Shown here in pieces: positions 11,019 to 23,917 of a DNA stretch of 64,000 bases. Origin of the DNA: Vezdaea acicularis. Lineage: Eukaryota. The stretch is taken from NCBI GenBank assembly GCA_026025075.1, contig JAPEUI010000041.1:62001-126000 (forward strand). Reading direction: 5' to 3'. The first letter of the stretch is position 1. Every line of letters starts with the position of its first letter. The notes beneath the pieces were generated by a model that was given only the letters and a program-made list of their open reading frames with translations, made no database searches and was not told the origin of the DNA. The translations under genes and the position numbers were made by a program.

Positions 11019-13892
11019 GGCGTATCGTGTGTTGCAACATGACATTAGTAGATGCCAATGGCAATAATAATAGAACCAATCTAGATGAGCTCATAAGTTA
11101 ATTTAATTGCTTCCCTATCCAATCCTTAGTCACAACATGACAAGGAGCAGACAGATGGGGAAACGGTGAGGCCGTCTCAAGGAAATAGGAACACTCAATA
11201 CATGAGCCAAGTACAAGCATAACATGGCTTAGGAAACAAATTGCGTGGGATACTTTGAATATGTTCTCGCCACTTTGGTGAATCATGAGAAGGATTCTCA
11301 TGATCCTCGATCGAAAAGGTCTCGATGCACTGAAATCAACAGTACCATAGTACACGGAGAGGCTGGTCTGAGCACTTCTCATGACCGATCAAAAGCCACC
11401 ATAAATATAATTATGGTAATAAATATCGCGGGAAGAGCACAGACGGCAGGGTCTGCAACATTGTAATAGAGCGTGTTTTTCCCAGCGAAGATCAAGTAAG
11501 AAAATTCGCTCATAACCGCCATAGCCCCCAGCCAGCTTGCCCGGCATCTCTGAGTATTAGGTCCATATGAGACTCTCGGCGAAAGCGTCATAGGGATGCA
11601 TCTGCTACGCTTCCAGATCCAGAGTCTGGAGAATTAGAGTAGCGCGAGGATGAAACGTGGCCGTGACCGCTTCAGGAAAGGGTGAAGGATGGGCTGAAAC
11701 GGGTCCAGCACTCGACGTCCAAGCGCCGGAGCCAAAACACCGAGGCTGATTCTTCCTGGTGCAATGACGCATTGGCCGGATGCTACCCCCATCCTCCTCC
11801 TTTGAACCATTCGTGATTGATGTACGCTGGCGGTTGTTTATCTGAACATCGTCGGGCAAGCCATTTCCGGACCGTGGGAAACCTGCTCGCGGGCAGTCGC
11901 ACGCGTCGTGGCAGGCCTGGTGGCGTCGGTGGCTTGCAGCCGACGAATGGAAAGGTGGATTGGCGGCGGGTGTCCGATATAGAAATCGACGCGTCCGGTC
12001 GCATCTCCTTCCAATGGTGGATGTTCCGGAGAGGGTTCTTTGGCGTTCTGCAGTAGCAAGTCTGCATTTCCTTCGCGTGTAGCGGTCAAATGCTCTTGAT
12101 ATTGCATTCTATTATGGGGAGAGAGGCGGTGGCCTGTTGCTGACACGAGGGAACGAGTCCGGGCTGGAATAGGAGGAGGGTGCAGCCGGGAAATTGGATG
12201 ATGCCGCAGCCAGATGCAAGGAGCACGCCTAACGAACGACCTTTTTTACATCTTCCGCAGCATCTTCAACACCAATACCGAGATCACCTCGATCACCGAA
12301 ATCCAGATGGTCTTAAAAGCTTTTCGTCATTCTGCACGAGCGAGCTGGGCAATACCTCTACCGCGGTTAACTCGTAGCTCTGCGAGCGGGTGAATTGGGA
12401 TGGTGGTCACGCCCATGTCCCAACACTGCCGCGCTCTTAGCACAACGTGTAACAGGCCCCACTCCTGGCATCCGTCGGGTGCAACGCAAGCGGTCTAACG
12501 CAGCTCGTCCATCTCTATCCTACCCTCTCGGCCATGTCTTGGATAGGTCGCGAACCGTCACAGCATTATCACGATCCAGCGCGACTGCGTCGTGACATAT
12601 CTCAGGCACATCTCACCTACTGAAGAATATACAATCCTGTAAGTGACTATACTTCGAAAATGCGGTATCTTATCGGGGTTAAACGGCGTGGTGGGCCGCG
12701 CAGTTTCGCTGGAAATTAAGATGAGAAGTGAGACAGGCGAGATCTGGCGGGTGTGACGGTTCGGCGGCCGGCGTGGGCAGAGGCCGATCTATCTGATGCC
12801 ATTGTTGACTGCACTTCTCTCGCTGCAACAGTGGAGAAGATTGTGGAGCTGTAGACGCAAAGGAGTGACCCGATGTGAGGACGGGGACAACTCCCACTCC
12901 ATCCTCCATCGCCCTCTGGGCACGGGACTGGCTCGTCGGCGTCGCGATGGAGGGTGATCGCCCGCAGAAGCGCCAGGTCGGAGGGGGAAGCGACGACCGA
13001 TCCTCCCCTCGCGCTAAGCCAAACGAGGAAAGCCCGGCCAGCGGTTGCCCCATCCCGTCACGCCCTGTCCTTTCGACTTTCTCCCCGTTCCCTCTCTCTC
13101 CCATTTCTCCCTCAGGTCACTCGTTTCCTTCCTCCCGTCGATTCTTCATCCCCTCGCCCGTCGAATTCATCGCCGTCCATCGTTCACCGGCAAGACAACT
13201 AATCGGCGTCACATTCAACAACCCGCGGCGTCTGCTGGTCGCTCACATTCATTTGGTGCGTTGTGGTCGGAGAGAAGGGGGCTCGCCCACGGTCACTTTG
13301 CACGAGACCGAAACACAACACACCACAACTCCATCACGACGATCTAATCCATCGGCATCCCATCTCGTGCCGCTCGCAATTCGACTTGGACGGAGAGCTT
13401 CTTACTTCTCTCGTCATTCGGATCTGCTTGTCACGACACTGGGTTGCTGCACACGGTCGCTCTGTTTTCCGCGAAGTCTCTCGTTCAACTGGCCTACTTT
13501 TAGCGACTTTGTCAAAAAAGTCCCGACGATAAGTCTCCGTCAATCCGCTCGACTGGATTGCTAGAGACATCCCACACGGTCGGCCTTCGAGTCACGTAGT
13601 CAAGTCTCTGATTGCAACCAGCAATCGTGGCTCGCCCTGCACTCATCACCGAATCGCTCGCTTCGCCAGACGATATTTTCGGTCTCACCCTCCTTTGTCT
13701 CGCCTGACAGCGTCAGGCCTTATTTGTCTTTCTCCACGCACACGGTACATATCCCGATGAGTTGACTTGGAGCTGTAGGAGAACATTCACTAACGACTAG
13801 TCATTACCTTCACTTAGATCGACAAACTAACACCAACCATAATTCGATAATCAAGTCCCCTCGCCCTCACAAATCACCTCCGCCCACACATC

Positions 13893-14788
13893 ATGAGGCC
13901 TTCAAGATCGCACTTCATAGCTGCTTCAGTGCTTGCTTTCGGAGTCTCGAATGTGCTCGCTCAAGCGGGTACTCAACAACTGTCATATGAAGGATGCTTC
14001 AGCTCAGCCGGTTCGTTGGTGGACCAGGGATCACAACAGTACCAGTCATCAGGTCTCTGCAAAGGAATATGCGTCGGCCTCAATAAACCTGTGATGGGCC
14101 TCTCAGCTGGCAGCCACTGCTATTGTGGTGACAAGCTGCCGTCCTCGGATTCCAAGGAAGACGACTCAAATTGCAACGTGGGCTGCACGGGATATTCAGA
14201 GAAATGTGGTGGCAGCAGTGCGTGGTCGGTTTTCCTGACAGGCCTCCAGAGCGATGTGGGTAATGAAGGTGGATCAAGCTCGAGCTCGTCAGCAGCAGGG
14301 TCGACGACCAAAGCACCTACATCAACAAGCACATCCCCGTCCACGGTCACTCAACCTGGGCAGACGGTCGTCGTCACGGCACCTGGACAGTCTGGGGCTC
14401 AGAGCACGTCGTCATCAACATCGAAGGGAGCCAACAAAGCTGGCATCGCCGCAGGCGTCGTTGTCGGTATCGTGGCTATTGCCGGATTGATTGGAGCCAT
14501 CTACTTCTTCCTCAAGAATCGGAAACGACGTGCTGTCGAGGAGGAATATCGCCGTAACGCTGCCATCAATAGCTTTACCGCCGGCAAGTCTCCCGTTAGC
14601 TCCTCCATGTCTGATGCTCGCCTTGAGCCTTCAGTCATGGCCCACAGGCGTATGAGTGATGGCAGTATTGCCGATAACCAAGACTACTCGCGAAGGATAT
14701 TGAAGGTATGTCTGAAGTGCATGAATTCATGACGGATGCACAGCATAGCTAACTGTGAATCAAGGTCACAAATCCTGACGACCGGTAG
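13893..14788 (+). CDS. WSC1: WSC-domain cell wall integrity sensor (Wsc1/Slg1-like)
   Basis: Signal peptide, Cys-rich WSC domain (YEGCFS..CYCG..CGG), Ser/Thr-rich stalk, TM helix and cytoplasmic DNQDYSRRILK|VTNPD. Intron 14706-14764. Probable 5'UTR intron starting at 13745. Confidence 0.88.
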
Positions 14789-15640
14789 CGGCCCCAGGAT
14801 TCCACCTTCACGACAACGACTTTCCTGGCCTTCTTTCCTTCATCGCGTCCTCGGAAATCTCCATTAAGCAGATTGTTCGGGGCATTCGCTCGTCTGGTCA
14901 TATTTGGCTTTGTACAGTGGTGCGTTCTTGGGTGTCTTTGCTCTTTTGCAATTGGAAGTGGAAGCGCTGGCAACTTGAAGCGCGTTCGATGAGATAGATG
15001 ACGACTGCATCCCTCAATCATGCCTATCTTGCAAGGGTGTATCGTTTACCTCCTCGTTCTCGTCTACATGGGCCAGTCGACCGTCTTCTGCTCATGTCTC
15101 CTACGGGTCTTACTTCTGTATGCATATGTACAATCTCCTTTTTGCTTGCGCTATTTCCCTATGTCATGACCCCCCAGAAAGAAGCTCGGTATCTATCAAG
15201 GCCTACCTCACTACCCCGCATACTGGTCCCATCTGTATTCTTCAGCTACCAACTTTCCTTTTTTCGTTAGACGGCACGGGGGTCCTAATCGGACTACGTG
15301 TGATGCTGCTGGAGGTGATGGCGGCCTTGGTTGGGTACGATGCGTGGTGACATCTGAGCGAAAGTGGGATTTGTGGGGGGGTGTTGGGTGGCGGACCGTA
15401 CGGACGGAATCAATCGATAAGCAATTCACATCAAATCATGTCATGTGTCTCCCACGAGGTGATTAGTAGAGATGCATACTTTTGATTATCCGGAGCGCCA
15501 TGCGCTATCTAACATTCGTAAAAAGTTCTCTCGAGCAGTCTGACCGGCAGCGCACCATCTCCCTCTCATCATGTCTTCACATCAGAAAGACGTCGCTCTG
15601 ATGACTCCTCCACTTTCCTCCACTCCCTGTCTCCCTTTCT

Positions 15641-16628
15641 CTACGGCTTCGGTATATGTATCGTCTTACTCACCATCGCACACCCATGCACCACAAAGAC
15701 CGCAACGATGGGATGTACCTCCAGCAACCCCCCCTCGCCCAGCACCCCGCCCAGCACGCCCATGTTTCCCCCGGCGAAATATCCTTTCCACACGCAAACA
15801 GCCATGCCGGCGGCAATGCCCAGCGTGGTGGGGATTGGCGTCCCTTCAAAGTATTTGGACTTGCCCGTGGCGTCTTTGGGGAGGGAACTGACGGTCACGT
15901 TGAAGCGGGCGAGGCGGGTGAGCCCGCAGAGGACGAAGAAGGTGAGGAGCAGTGTGTCGAGGGGGGTGCGGAGGCCGAGGGAGAAGGCGCAGACGGAGGG
16001 GGCGACGCCGAAGGATATCTGTGATTGGGGGGGAGTGGTTAGGAAAGGTGGAGGATTGGAGGGTGGGTGGGTTTTCCCCATGGGGGGTAAACGTACTAGA
16101 TCGGCGAGCGAGTCTAGTTCCTGGCCCATGAGACTAGACTTCTTGCGCCAGCGCGCGACCTTGCCGTCCATGAAGTCGAAGAAGAGGCCGAAGGGCATGA
16201 AGGCCAGGGCGGCCCAGAGGTTGGATAGGTCGTCGGCCGGACCGAGGCAGTAGCGCAGCGAGCTGAAGATAGACATGACACCGCAGAAACCTGGTGGTGC
16301 GAAGGAGTTAGTTTCGGAGAAGTGGGGAGGGGTGGGTTCGGGGGGGATTGTGCGTGCCGTTGAGCTCGGTGATTAGGTCTGCGAGGTGGAGCGCTCTGGT
16401 GATGGAGCGTTAGTTTGGACACGCGCGGGGGAGTGGAAGGTGGAAGATGTTACTTTATCATGGAGAAGTGCCCTGTGTCTGCCGCGAGCAACTGCTTCTG
16501 CTTCTCTATGCCTACTGGGAGGTCAGCCTCATCTCGACATGGCTCTATGAATGCTTGTGTATACTGTTATTCCCATCTTTGGCGGGTTCTGCTGCGCTCG
16601 CGCCGCCGGTTCCTGTTCTTCTCGACAT
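15641..16628 (-). CDS. CHO1: CDP-diacylglycerol--serine O-phosphatidyltransferase (phosphatidylserine synthase)
   Basis: CDP-alcohol phosphotransferase motif [19 protein letters not shown], plus RLARFNV and YFEGTPIP. Four introns, one of them GC-AG. Confidence 0.92.
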
Positions 16629-17019
16629 GATGGAGTGGGTTACTGATAGGCAAAATGGGAAGGAAATTGGGTATCTAGAACGGGAATCAAATTCTGGGGG
16701 AAAGGTGTAGAAGTTGGGCGAGATGTGTGAAGCTGAAGGCTGAGCTTTTTGGACAAGCTTAGCAGGTTGTTGGAGAGGCTTGATGTGGCTTGAAAGTGGG
16801 CGGTGAGGTGGGACGTCATCCGGCGCAGGGATGCCGGATTCCCGTAATTTTTTAGGAAAGGAAATCCCGTGACCCGCTGGATGAGACAATGAGTGGCTTT
16901 CACATTGGTTTCTTGCGAATTGGATGCATTGAGTTTTACTATATCCAGCTTTTGGGCTGGTAGTAGTGGTATTGGTACATAGTGAAGCCTGTGCGCCAAC
17001 GCCAAATAATCCACACGCG

Positions 17020-17951
17020 CTAGTATCCTCCACGGCCTCTCCCACCTCCTCTGAAGCCATTTCCCCCTCCTCTTGGACCCCCTCTACCACCAGGAGTAAA
17101 ACCTCCGCCTCTCGGAGCTCCTCGTCCTCGGCCACCTGAGAACCCTGCTTTGAAGCCTCCACCTCGGCCGCCACGAGGGGCACCTCTACCTCCACCCCGT
17201 GCTCCACGCCCACCCCTAGCTCCCCGCCCTGCTCCGCCTGCTCGCTTTGGCTTAGGCGTACCTATATCTAGTCAATCTGCTTGAAAATGTGCCGTAAGCT
17301 TGCTTTACTTACCTGGCGGCGGTTTTGGTTTTGGTAGAAATCTAAAGCTTGGTCAGAATCACCCCTATATGCAAGGGATGTTGTTATCCAATGCTCACTT
17401 TTCTAATGGCAAGAGTTTGTCTCCCCCAATATAAAACTTGTCTCCAGATTTGAACGAGGTGGCTACGATACCCTCTTGTGGCTTAATGGTAAAATAGACC
17501 TGGTTGATCGGCCCTAATATCTCCTCGACCTTTCCAATTGGTGTCTGCAACTAGAGTCAGCCAGGCACTTGCAACATGTCTACCATGGCGTGACCAACCT
17601 TGTTTTCTAAGAAGATCGGTGCGTTGAAGTAGGGAATCTTTGGGTTCACGGACTCGCAAACCATCTCGCCTTCGCAGGCGTGTACGAATGAGCCCAACTC
17701 TTCATACATGTTAGCGCCTACTAATCCCGAGAAGCATATATGACATCGTACCAAGTACTGACGCTGGAGGTCCGTATGATTGCTGTTGGTAGCCGCCTCG
17801 GCCTTTATGGGATAGTCTTATTAGTTAAGGGTCTTCAAGAACAAGGGACCCATTATACAAACTCACCTCCCCTACTTGAAAAGCCCCCACGACCTCTATC
17901 GCCAAATCCTCCGCCACCTCGACCTCTTGGGTTGCCGCCTCGGAATGCCAT
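17020..17951 (-). CDS. GAR1: H/ACA snoRNP subunit Gar1
   Basis: RGG-rich N- and C-termini. Core [32 protein letters not shown], then [39 protein letters not shown]. Multi-exon. Confidence 0.92.
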
Positions 17952-18232
17952 TGCGTTCATATTCTTGCAGCTCAGCGCTGTTCGCGAAAGCTGCTTGTGT
18001 GCGCCCGAAATTTGTGCTTTCGAGGTGGTCTGACTAGTACAGGTTTAGCGTATTTTTCGACACTCCTGCCAAGCACACCCCACCAAGCCCCACGAATTCG
18101 AGGATAAGCTACTCACAACAAACCATGACTCAACGTTGAGCTTGCTTTGAAGGGAGCTCGAGCGCCCAATTGAGCTCGCTGTAATTCTCCCACGTCCGAA
18201 CTTGAATGTACTGGGACTCCTAGCTTTCAGAT

Positions 18233-20773
18233 ATGGATTCTGTGAAAGACGTGGTGGAGGGGGTGAAGAAAGCTACCCTGGGTGATACCCCTCAGAGACC
18301 CCAGGGCCAGAAAAAGGAGAAGAAGGAGAAGAAAAAGGGCGGAGACGCTGAAGCTGGATCAAGACCTCTAGAGGTAAGCTCCTATAACATAATTTTCAGC
18401 TCACCGCCGGCTGACTGTTTCGCCTCTAGATTGACCCCCCTCCAGCATATATTGCGCACCGAATCAAGATTTTCGAAAAATTGAAGGCTGAATATGATGA
18501 GTCTGTCAGCAGTGCGTCTGATGTACCGGCCATTACTCTGAGCATTGCTTATGTTTCTATGCAGAAAAATCGAGAGATGACATTACGATAACCCTCGACA
18601 ACAATAGGCACGAGATCGGCAAAGCCTGGGAGACCACCCCAGGACAGATTGCTAGAAATATATCCAAGTCTCTATTCGAGAGAACTGTTATTTCTAGGGT
18701 AGATGGGGAACTATGGGACCTCGACAGACCCTTAGAATCCAGCTGCAGGCTCGAACTACTCGATTTTGATCATCCAGAAGGTCTGCCTTAAACCAAACCG
18801 TCATATTCGAGAGCGATATTGATACTACGCAGGGAAGAAGGTTTTCTGGCACTCTAGTGCGCATGTTTTGGGCGAGGCTTCAGAACGCCACTTCGGTTGT
18901 CACCTCTGCATAGGTCCCCCTATTGAAGATGGATTCTATTACGAAATGGGGCTTCCTGAAGGGTTAGTAAGCTTGCCTAATCCTTGTAATTTAGCTAAAT
19001 ATATATAAGGGAAGCCGTTCAGCAGTCAGACTGGAAGCCTCTTGAGACTATTGCGGCCAAGGCCATCAAGGAGAAGCAGCCCTTTGAACGCCTCGTACTG
19101 TCAAAGGCGAACCTCTTGGAGATGTTCAAGGACAACAAATACAAACAGCACATCATCAAGGATAAGATTCCAGACGGTTCAGATACCACCGTCTATCGAT
19201 GCGGGCCGCTCATTGACCTTTGCCGTGGGCCACATGTGCCAAATACCGGAAGGATAAAGGCATTCGCAATCATGAAGAACTCGGCATCTTATTTCCTTGG
19301 CAATGCTGAGAACGACTCACTGCAGAGGGTCTATGGAGTCTCCTTCCCAGACAAGAAGTTGATGGATGAGCATAAAAAGTACCTCGAGGAAGCCGCGAAG
19401 CGCGACCACAGAAAGATTGGACAAGAGCAAGACCTCTTCTTCTTTCATGAATTGTCACCGGGCTCATGCTTCTTCCTACCCCACGGGACTCGCATTTATA
19501 ATACTCTTGCAAGCTTTCTACGGGATGAATACTGGAAGCGTGGGTACGAGGAGGTTATCACGCCCAACATGTATAACTCCAAGTTGTGGGAGAAGTCCGG
19601 ACACTGGCAGCATTATAAAGATGACATGTTCACATTCGAATTGGAAAAGGAGCAGTTCGCTCTGAAACCCATGAACTGTCCTGGGCATTGCCTTTTGTTC
19701 AAACATCGTGAGAGGAGTTATCGGGAGCTGCCATGGCGAGTGGCAGATTTTGGAGTCTTGCATAGGAATGAAGCCTCGGGTGCGCTGACAGGTCTCACCC
19801 GAGTACGGCGATTCCAACAGGATGACACTCATATCTTCTGTACCCAAGATCAGATTACTCAGGAGATCGAGGGTCTATTTGACTTTCTTCGAACAGTCTA
19901 CGGCTGTTTTGGTTTCACATTCAAAATGAAGCTTTCCACCAGACCGGATAAATATCTTGGAGATATCGAAACCTGGAATGTAGCTGAGGCGAAGCTCAAG
20001 ACCGCCTTGGACTCTTTCACGGCTGGCGGTGGTTCGAAGTGGGAATTGAACGAAGGAGATGGAGCGTTCTACGGCCCTAAGATTGATGTAACCATCTCGG
20101 ATGCACTCAAGCGAGACCATCAATGTGCCACGATTCAGTTGGACTTCCAATTGCCTCAGAGGTTCGAGCTTGAGTACATGACTGCTGAAAGCTCCGCAAA
20201 GCCTAAGGAAGAGCCAGAAGCTACGCTCAAAGGCGATGCCAAGACGGAGGCTGATAAACCAAAAGGACCGTCACCTGGGTGCGCTCGGCCCGTCATGGTC
20301 CACCGGGCTATTATTGGTAGCTTTGAGAGGATGATAGCCATCCTGACTGAGCACTTCGCTGGGAAGTGGCCATTCTGGCTGAGCCCGAGGCAGATCTTGG
20401 TCATTCCGGTGATGCCTACTGCAAATAGCTATGTTTTAGAAGTGCAGAAGATCTTCCGTGCGCAGGAGATGCATGTGGACGTGGACATAAGCGGCAATAC
20501 CATGAAGAAGAAGATTCTTGTCGGTCAGATGCAGCAGTACAACTTCATCTTCGGTAAGTCGTTCTTTACTCTTCTTGCTGTACCAATGATATAGCCCGTG
20601 CTGACTTGCTTCATAAAGTTGTTGGAGCGGAAGAAGAGAAATCGCGAACGGTGAATATCCGAAACAGAGATGATCAATCCACCCAGGCCAAGGGAGACCT
20701 AATTCCTCTCGATGAAGCAATCAAGAAGCTCAAGGTACTCAAGGAGGAGAGAAGATTGGTGAACGCAATCTAG
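18233..20773 (+). CDS. THS1: Cytoplasmic threonyl-tRNA synthetase
   Basis: [48 protein letters not shown] and [10 protein letters not shown]. Five introns. Confidence 0.96.
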
Positions 20774-20934
20774 TCCTTCGACAGCTATGGTTGGCAATAA
20801 GGTCGGAGTGAGCCTTTTTTATCTCCTGAGCCTTTGGTTTCACACCTTCATAGAGCGTCTACTTGAAGCTTGTTGCATTCGTACCAAATTTACGAGTCTA
20901 TAGTCCCAGGAAAACGCGTTCAGAAAAACTTCCA

Positions 20935-21895
20935 TCACCCATTAGGTGAAACCTTAGCGCCCTCTATACTGCTCTCGCCCTTCTCCGCCTTTTCTTTCCG
21001 CTTCTGCGTGATATCCCAATTATAGACTCGCGCCGTCGCCACCTCCAGCGTCTACAGCAGGCCGCGTTAGCACTCTCGTTCCACAGCCACTAATTCACCC
21101 GGAGCACCTAGCCTCTTACCGTGATCTGCTCCCGCAAGAAATCCATGTCCTCCTGACAATTATCCAGATTGCTCCTCGCTGCCGCAAGCTTCCCTTCCAG
21201 CAGCGTCTCGGCTTCGGGGATAGGGTAGGAGAGCATGACGTTTGCCTGTATGTATATTTCAGCGTAGTATTCTTGAGGTTGTTTAAAGGGGGGAGTTACG
21301 CCGAGCCAGAGGTAGACTTCCTCGGTGGGCGGCACGTGGGCTTTCGCGTATAGAGTGTCGTTTAGCTCAAAGGTGGCTTCGATGGGGTCGGCGTCTGGCT
21401 GGAACCCGCCGGGGGGCGGGGGGTTGTTAGTGTATTATTCTTATCTTCTGCACGCAGCCCTGCTTGTTTAGGGAGGAAATGGGGGGAGCGGTAGGCATAC
21501 CCCTCTCGTCTTCAAGAACCGCACCGTCTCCAGCGTTTTGCTTATATCCGGGATTTTCTCTCTCAGGCCCGCGCCTCGGCGCTGGGTGTTTACTTCCATG
21601 AACTGATACTTTCTAACACCACCCCCAGTCGCCCGGTCAGAAAGAATAAGAAAGAGAGAGGAGGGGGCAGGGGAAGAGCAAAACTCACGCGATCATCTCC
21701 TGGAAGCTCTTCAGCGTCCCCTCCACCTCGGCGCGCGAGCTGACGTAGTCCTCCACTCGGTCGACGAAGGGCGCGTAGGGGATGCCGCGGGGGTTGGTGG
21801 AGGGGTCGGCGGTGCTGTGGGGGTACATCCATTAGTTTTTGCAGTGGAGTGGAGATTCTTTTCGAGGGGGGGTACCTTTTTGGCTTGTCCGCCAT
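20935..21895 (-). CDS. PAC10: Prefoldin subunit 3
   Basis: NPRGIPYAPFVD, ATFELNDTLYAKA, VYLWLG|ANVMLSYP and DFLREQIT|TLEVATARVYNWD across several exons. Confidence 0.9.
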
Positions 21896-22244
21896 GCTCG
21901 GATCGTGTGGAAAGTGTTTCTTCCCCACAAGCTGCTGCTGTTGCTACGGCTTGCTTTGCGTGCACCGAAATTTCGAGCTGTGATCGAAGCTCGAATTTCC
22001 TAGCGCCGGAACATGCCGGTGTGGTTTTCTGCGGGTGTGGGGTCACATCGCGACGACAGACGGACGCGAAATCCAAACAATCGAGAAAACATCAGCGAAT
22101 TCATCCATTCTCCTACGACCAGAGATTTGCTCAATTGGAACTGTTTCGCACGCACAACATCCTGGATCTTGCCGTCATATAGTGGATTAGTACTAGACTA
22201 CTCTACGGTTGAGCGGGGGGTATACCTCCGCCCACACCATCAAA

Positions 22245-22982
22245 ATGTCATCCGCCCAGCACCGCCGCATCGACGTCCAATCTCCCGCCGACCTCCTCCA
22301 CCTGCAAAACGCACTCACCGCGCGCGCACGCTCGAAGATTGATCTGCACTTACCCCCTCAAGCGCAGCGCCGGCCCACAGGTACCGAAGCCGCCTCGACC
22401 TCCACCCACAATACTGACAACGCCGCCAACAACAACAACACCAATAACATCACCAACGAAGACGACGATCCCCTCCGCACGACAGTCTCGCACCTAGTCC
22501 AAACCTACATCCGCGAAACCTACGCTCTCGCTCTACCGTCTATTAGCATCAACGGGCTGCCCGCCCCCAGCACGGCGCTGACCACCCGCGAAGAAAGCGC
22601 ATTCGAGCCCTACAACCCACTCCTAGCGAAGCGCTTACAGGCGCTTTCCGCCGCTATCGAGGACGAGACGTTAAAGCTTGCGGAGATGAGAAGGACGGCG
22701 CCGAAGAGGGCCGCGGAGATGTATGTTGCGCGGCAAGGGGCGCTCCGCGAGAGAGAGGAGGCGGGGTTGAGGGCGCAGGAGGAGATGGGAGCAAAGATAC
22801 CGGGGGCGAGGGTGGAGGGAGGGCAGAAGGAGCCCGGAGAGAGAGAACAAGAAACCGCACAAGCGTGGGAAGACGCCCTCCAAGGCGTCCGCAGCCTGAA
22901 AGACGAACTCCCCGGCCTGCGCGCCAAGCTCGAGCGCGCGGAAACTGGGGTCGGCATCCTCGAAACTCCGTCGTCGTCGTAG
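22245..22982 (+). CDS. Kinetochore MIND/Mis12 complex subunit Mis14/Nsl1-like
   Basis: HRRIDVQSPADL..ARSKIDLHLPP, SISING, FEPYNPLL..RRTAP and a C-terminal coiled coil resemble fungal Mis14. Confidence 0.72.
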   Translation: MSSAQHRRIDVQSPADLLHLQNALTARARSKIDLHLPPQAQRRPTGTEAASTSTHNTDNAANNNNTNNITNEDDDPLRTTVSHLVQTYIRETYALALPSISINGLPAPSTALTTREESAFEPYNPLLAKRLQALSAAIEDETLKLAEMRRTAPKRAAEMYVARQGALREREEAGLRAQEEMGAKIPGARVEGGQKEPGEREQETAQAWEDALQGVRSLKDELPGLRAKLERAETGVGILETPSSS

Positions 22983-23044
22983 TCGTGAGAGCTTCTCTTG
23001 CGCGTGGGGATATCTGCCGTGGGGCGCTCTACCTCCCTCACCAC

Positions 23045-23515
23045 TGAGGAGAGATCGGGCGGTTCACTGGCTTCTTCTTTGGGGGCCTGAACGGACTGGT
23101 CGTTTTTGAGATATGATCAGGGGGCTTGTTGCGGCTGACCGGTTGGTCTCGGCCTTTTTGGGTGGGGGAGGAGAGCGGAGGATGTTGGGGGCGGAGGCGG
23201 AGGCGGAGGCGGAGGGAACGGGGAAGGAGGCAGGACAGAGCCAGCCAGGACAACGAGAACAAGAAGTCGCGCAGGGGTGGGGAATGCCCTCTAAGGCGTC
23301 CTCGACACGTCGGCGTAGTGGTGAGAGCATTTCTTGCGTTTGGAAATATCCACCGTGGGCTTTGTATCTTGCTCCCTACCTTCTAGGGAGAGGCGGAGCG
23401 GGTTGTTGGCTTTTTTTCTTTTTGGGTGGGCTGGATGAATGGTTTTTGGAGGGGTAAGATCAGGGGCTTGGTTGTGGACGGGCGTTGCGGCTGACGTTGT
23501 GGTCTCGGTTTTTCT
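23045..23515. repeat. Degenerate ~120-nt direct repeat pair plus (GCGGAG)4 between Mis14 and SEC14
   Basis: Shared blocks gatcagggg, gttgcggctgac and ggtctcgg occur in the same order at ~23116-23152 and ~23458-23508. Confidence 0.55.
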
Positions 23516-23917
23516 TGTTTTTGGAATAGGGAGAGAGGAGAGGAGAGGAAACGTGGTAACTCCCGCGGAAAACGGAAGTAGAGGGTTCCCCGCTCGTGGG
23601 GGATTAGGGATGGTCTAGTGTGATGCGTCAATAGCATGAGCACGTAGAATTCGGCATAGTGCAGGAGCATAAACAAGAATAGAGCACCGATTCATAGCAA
23701 AGTAATTCCGTGGGATCGATCCATCTTATTCGAGATCTCACGGACAAGACGAGGGGGGTCTGCTCAATCCCAGCCCCAGTAACGTCTTGATACGCTACTC
23801 TACTCTACTCCACTCCTCCTTCCACGCAAGCAAGATTTCTAAAGCAACGACACACACCCACCCACCAACGCGCACACAACGGACACGCCTGCGAGGAAAA
23901 GAACTGGACAAAAAGAA

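Noticed and set aside
9999..11045. 348-aa antisense ORF
   Set aside because: Pro/His/Arg-rich shadow of the G-rich enoyl reductase gene.
11100..13700. Several ORFs up to 229 aa upstream of WSC1
   Set aside because: Low-complexity with no domains; consistent with a long promoter and 5'UTR.
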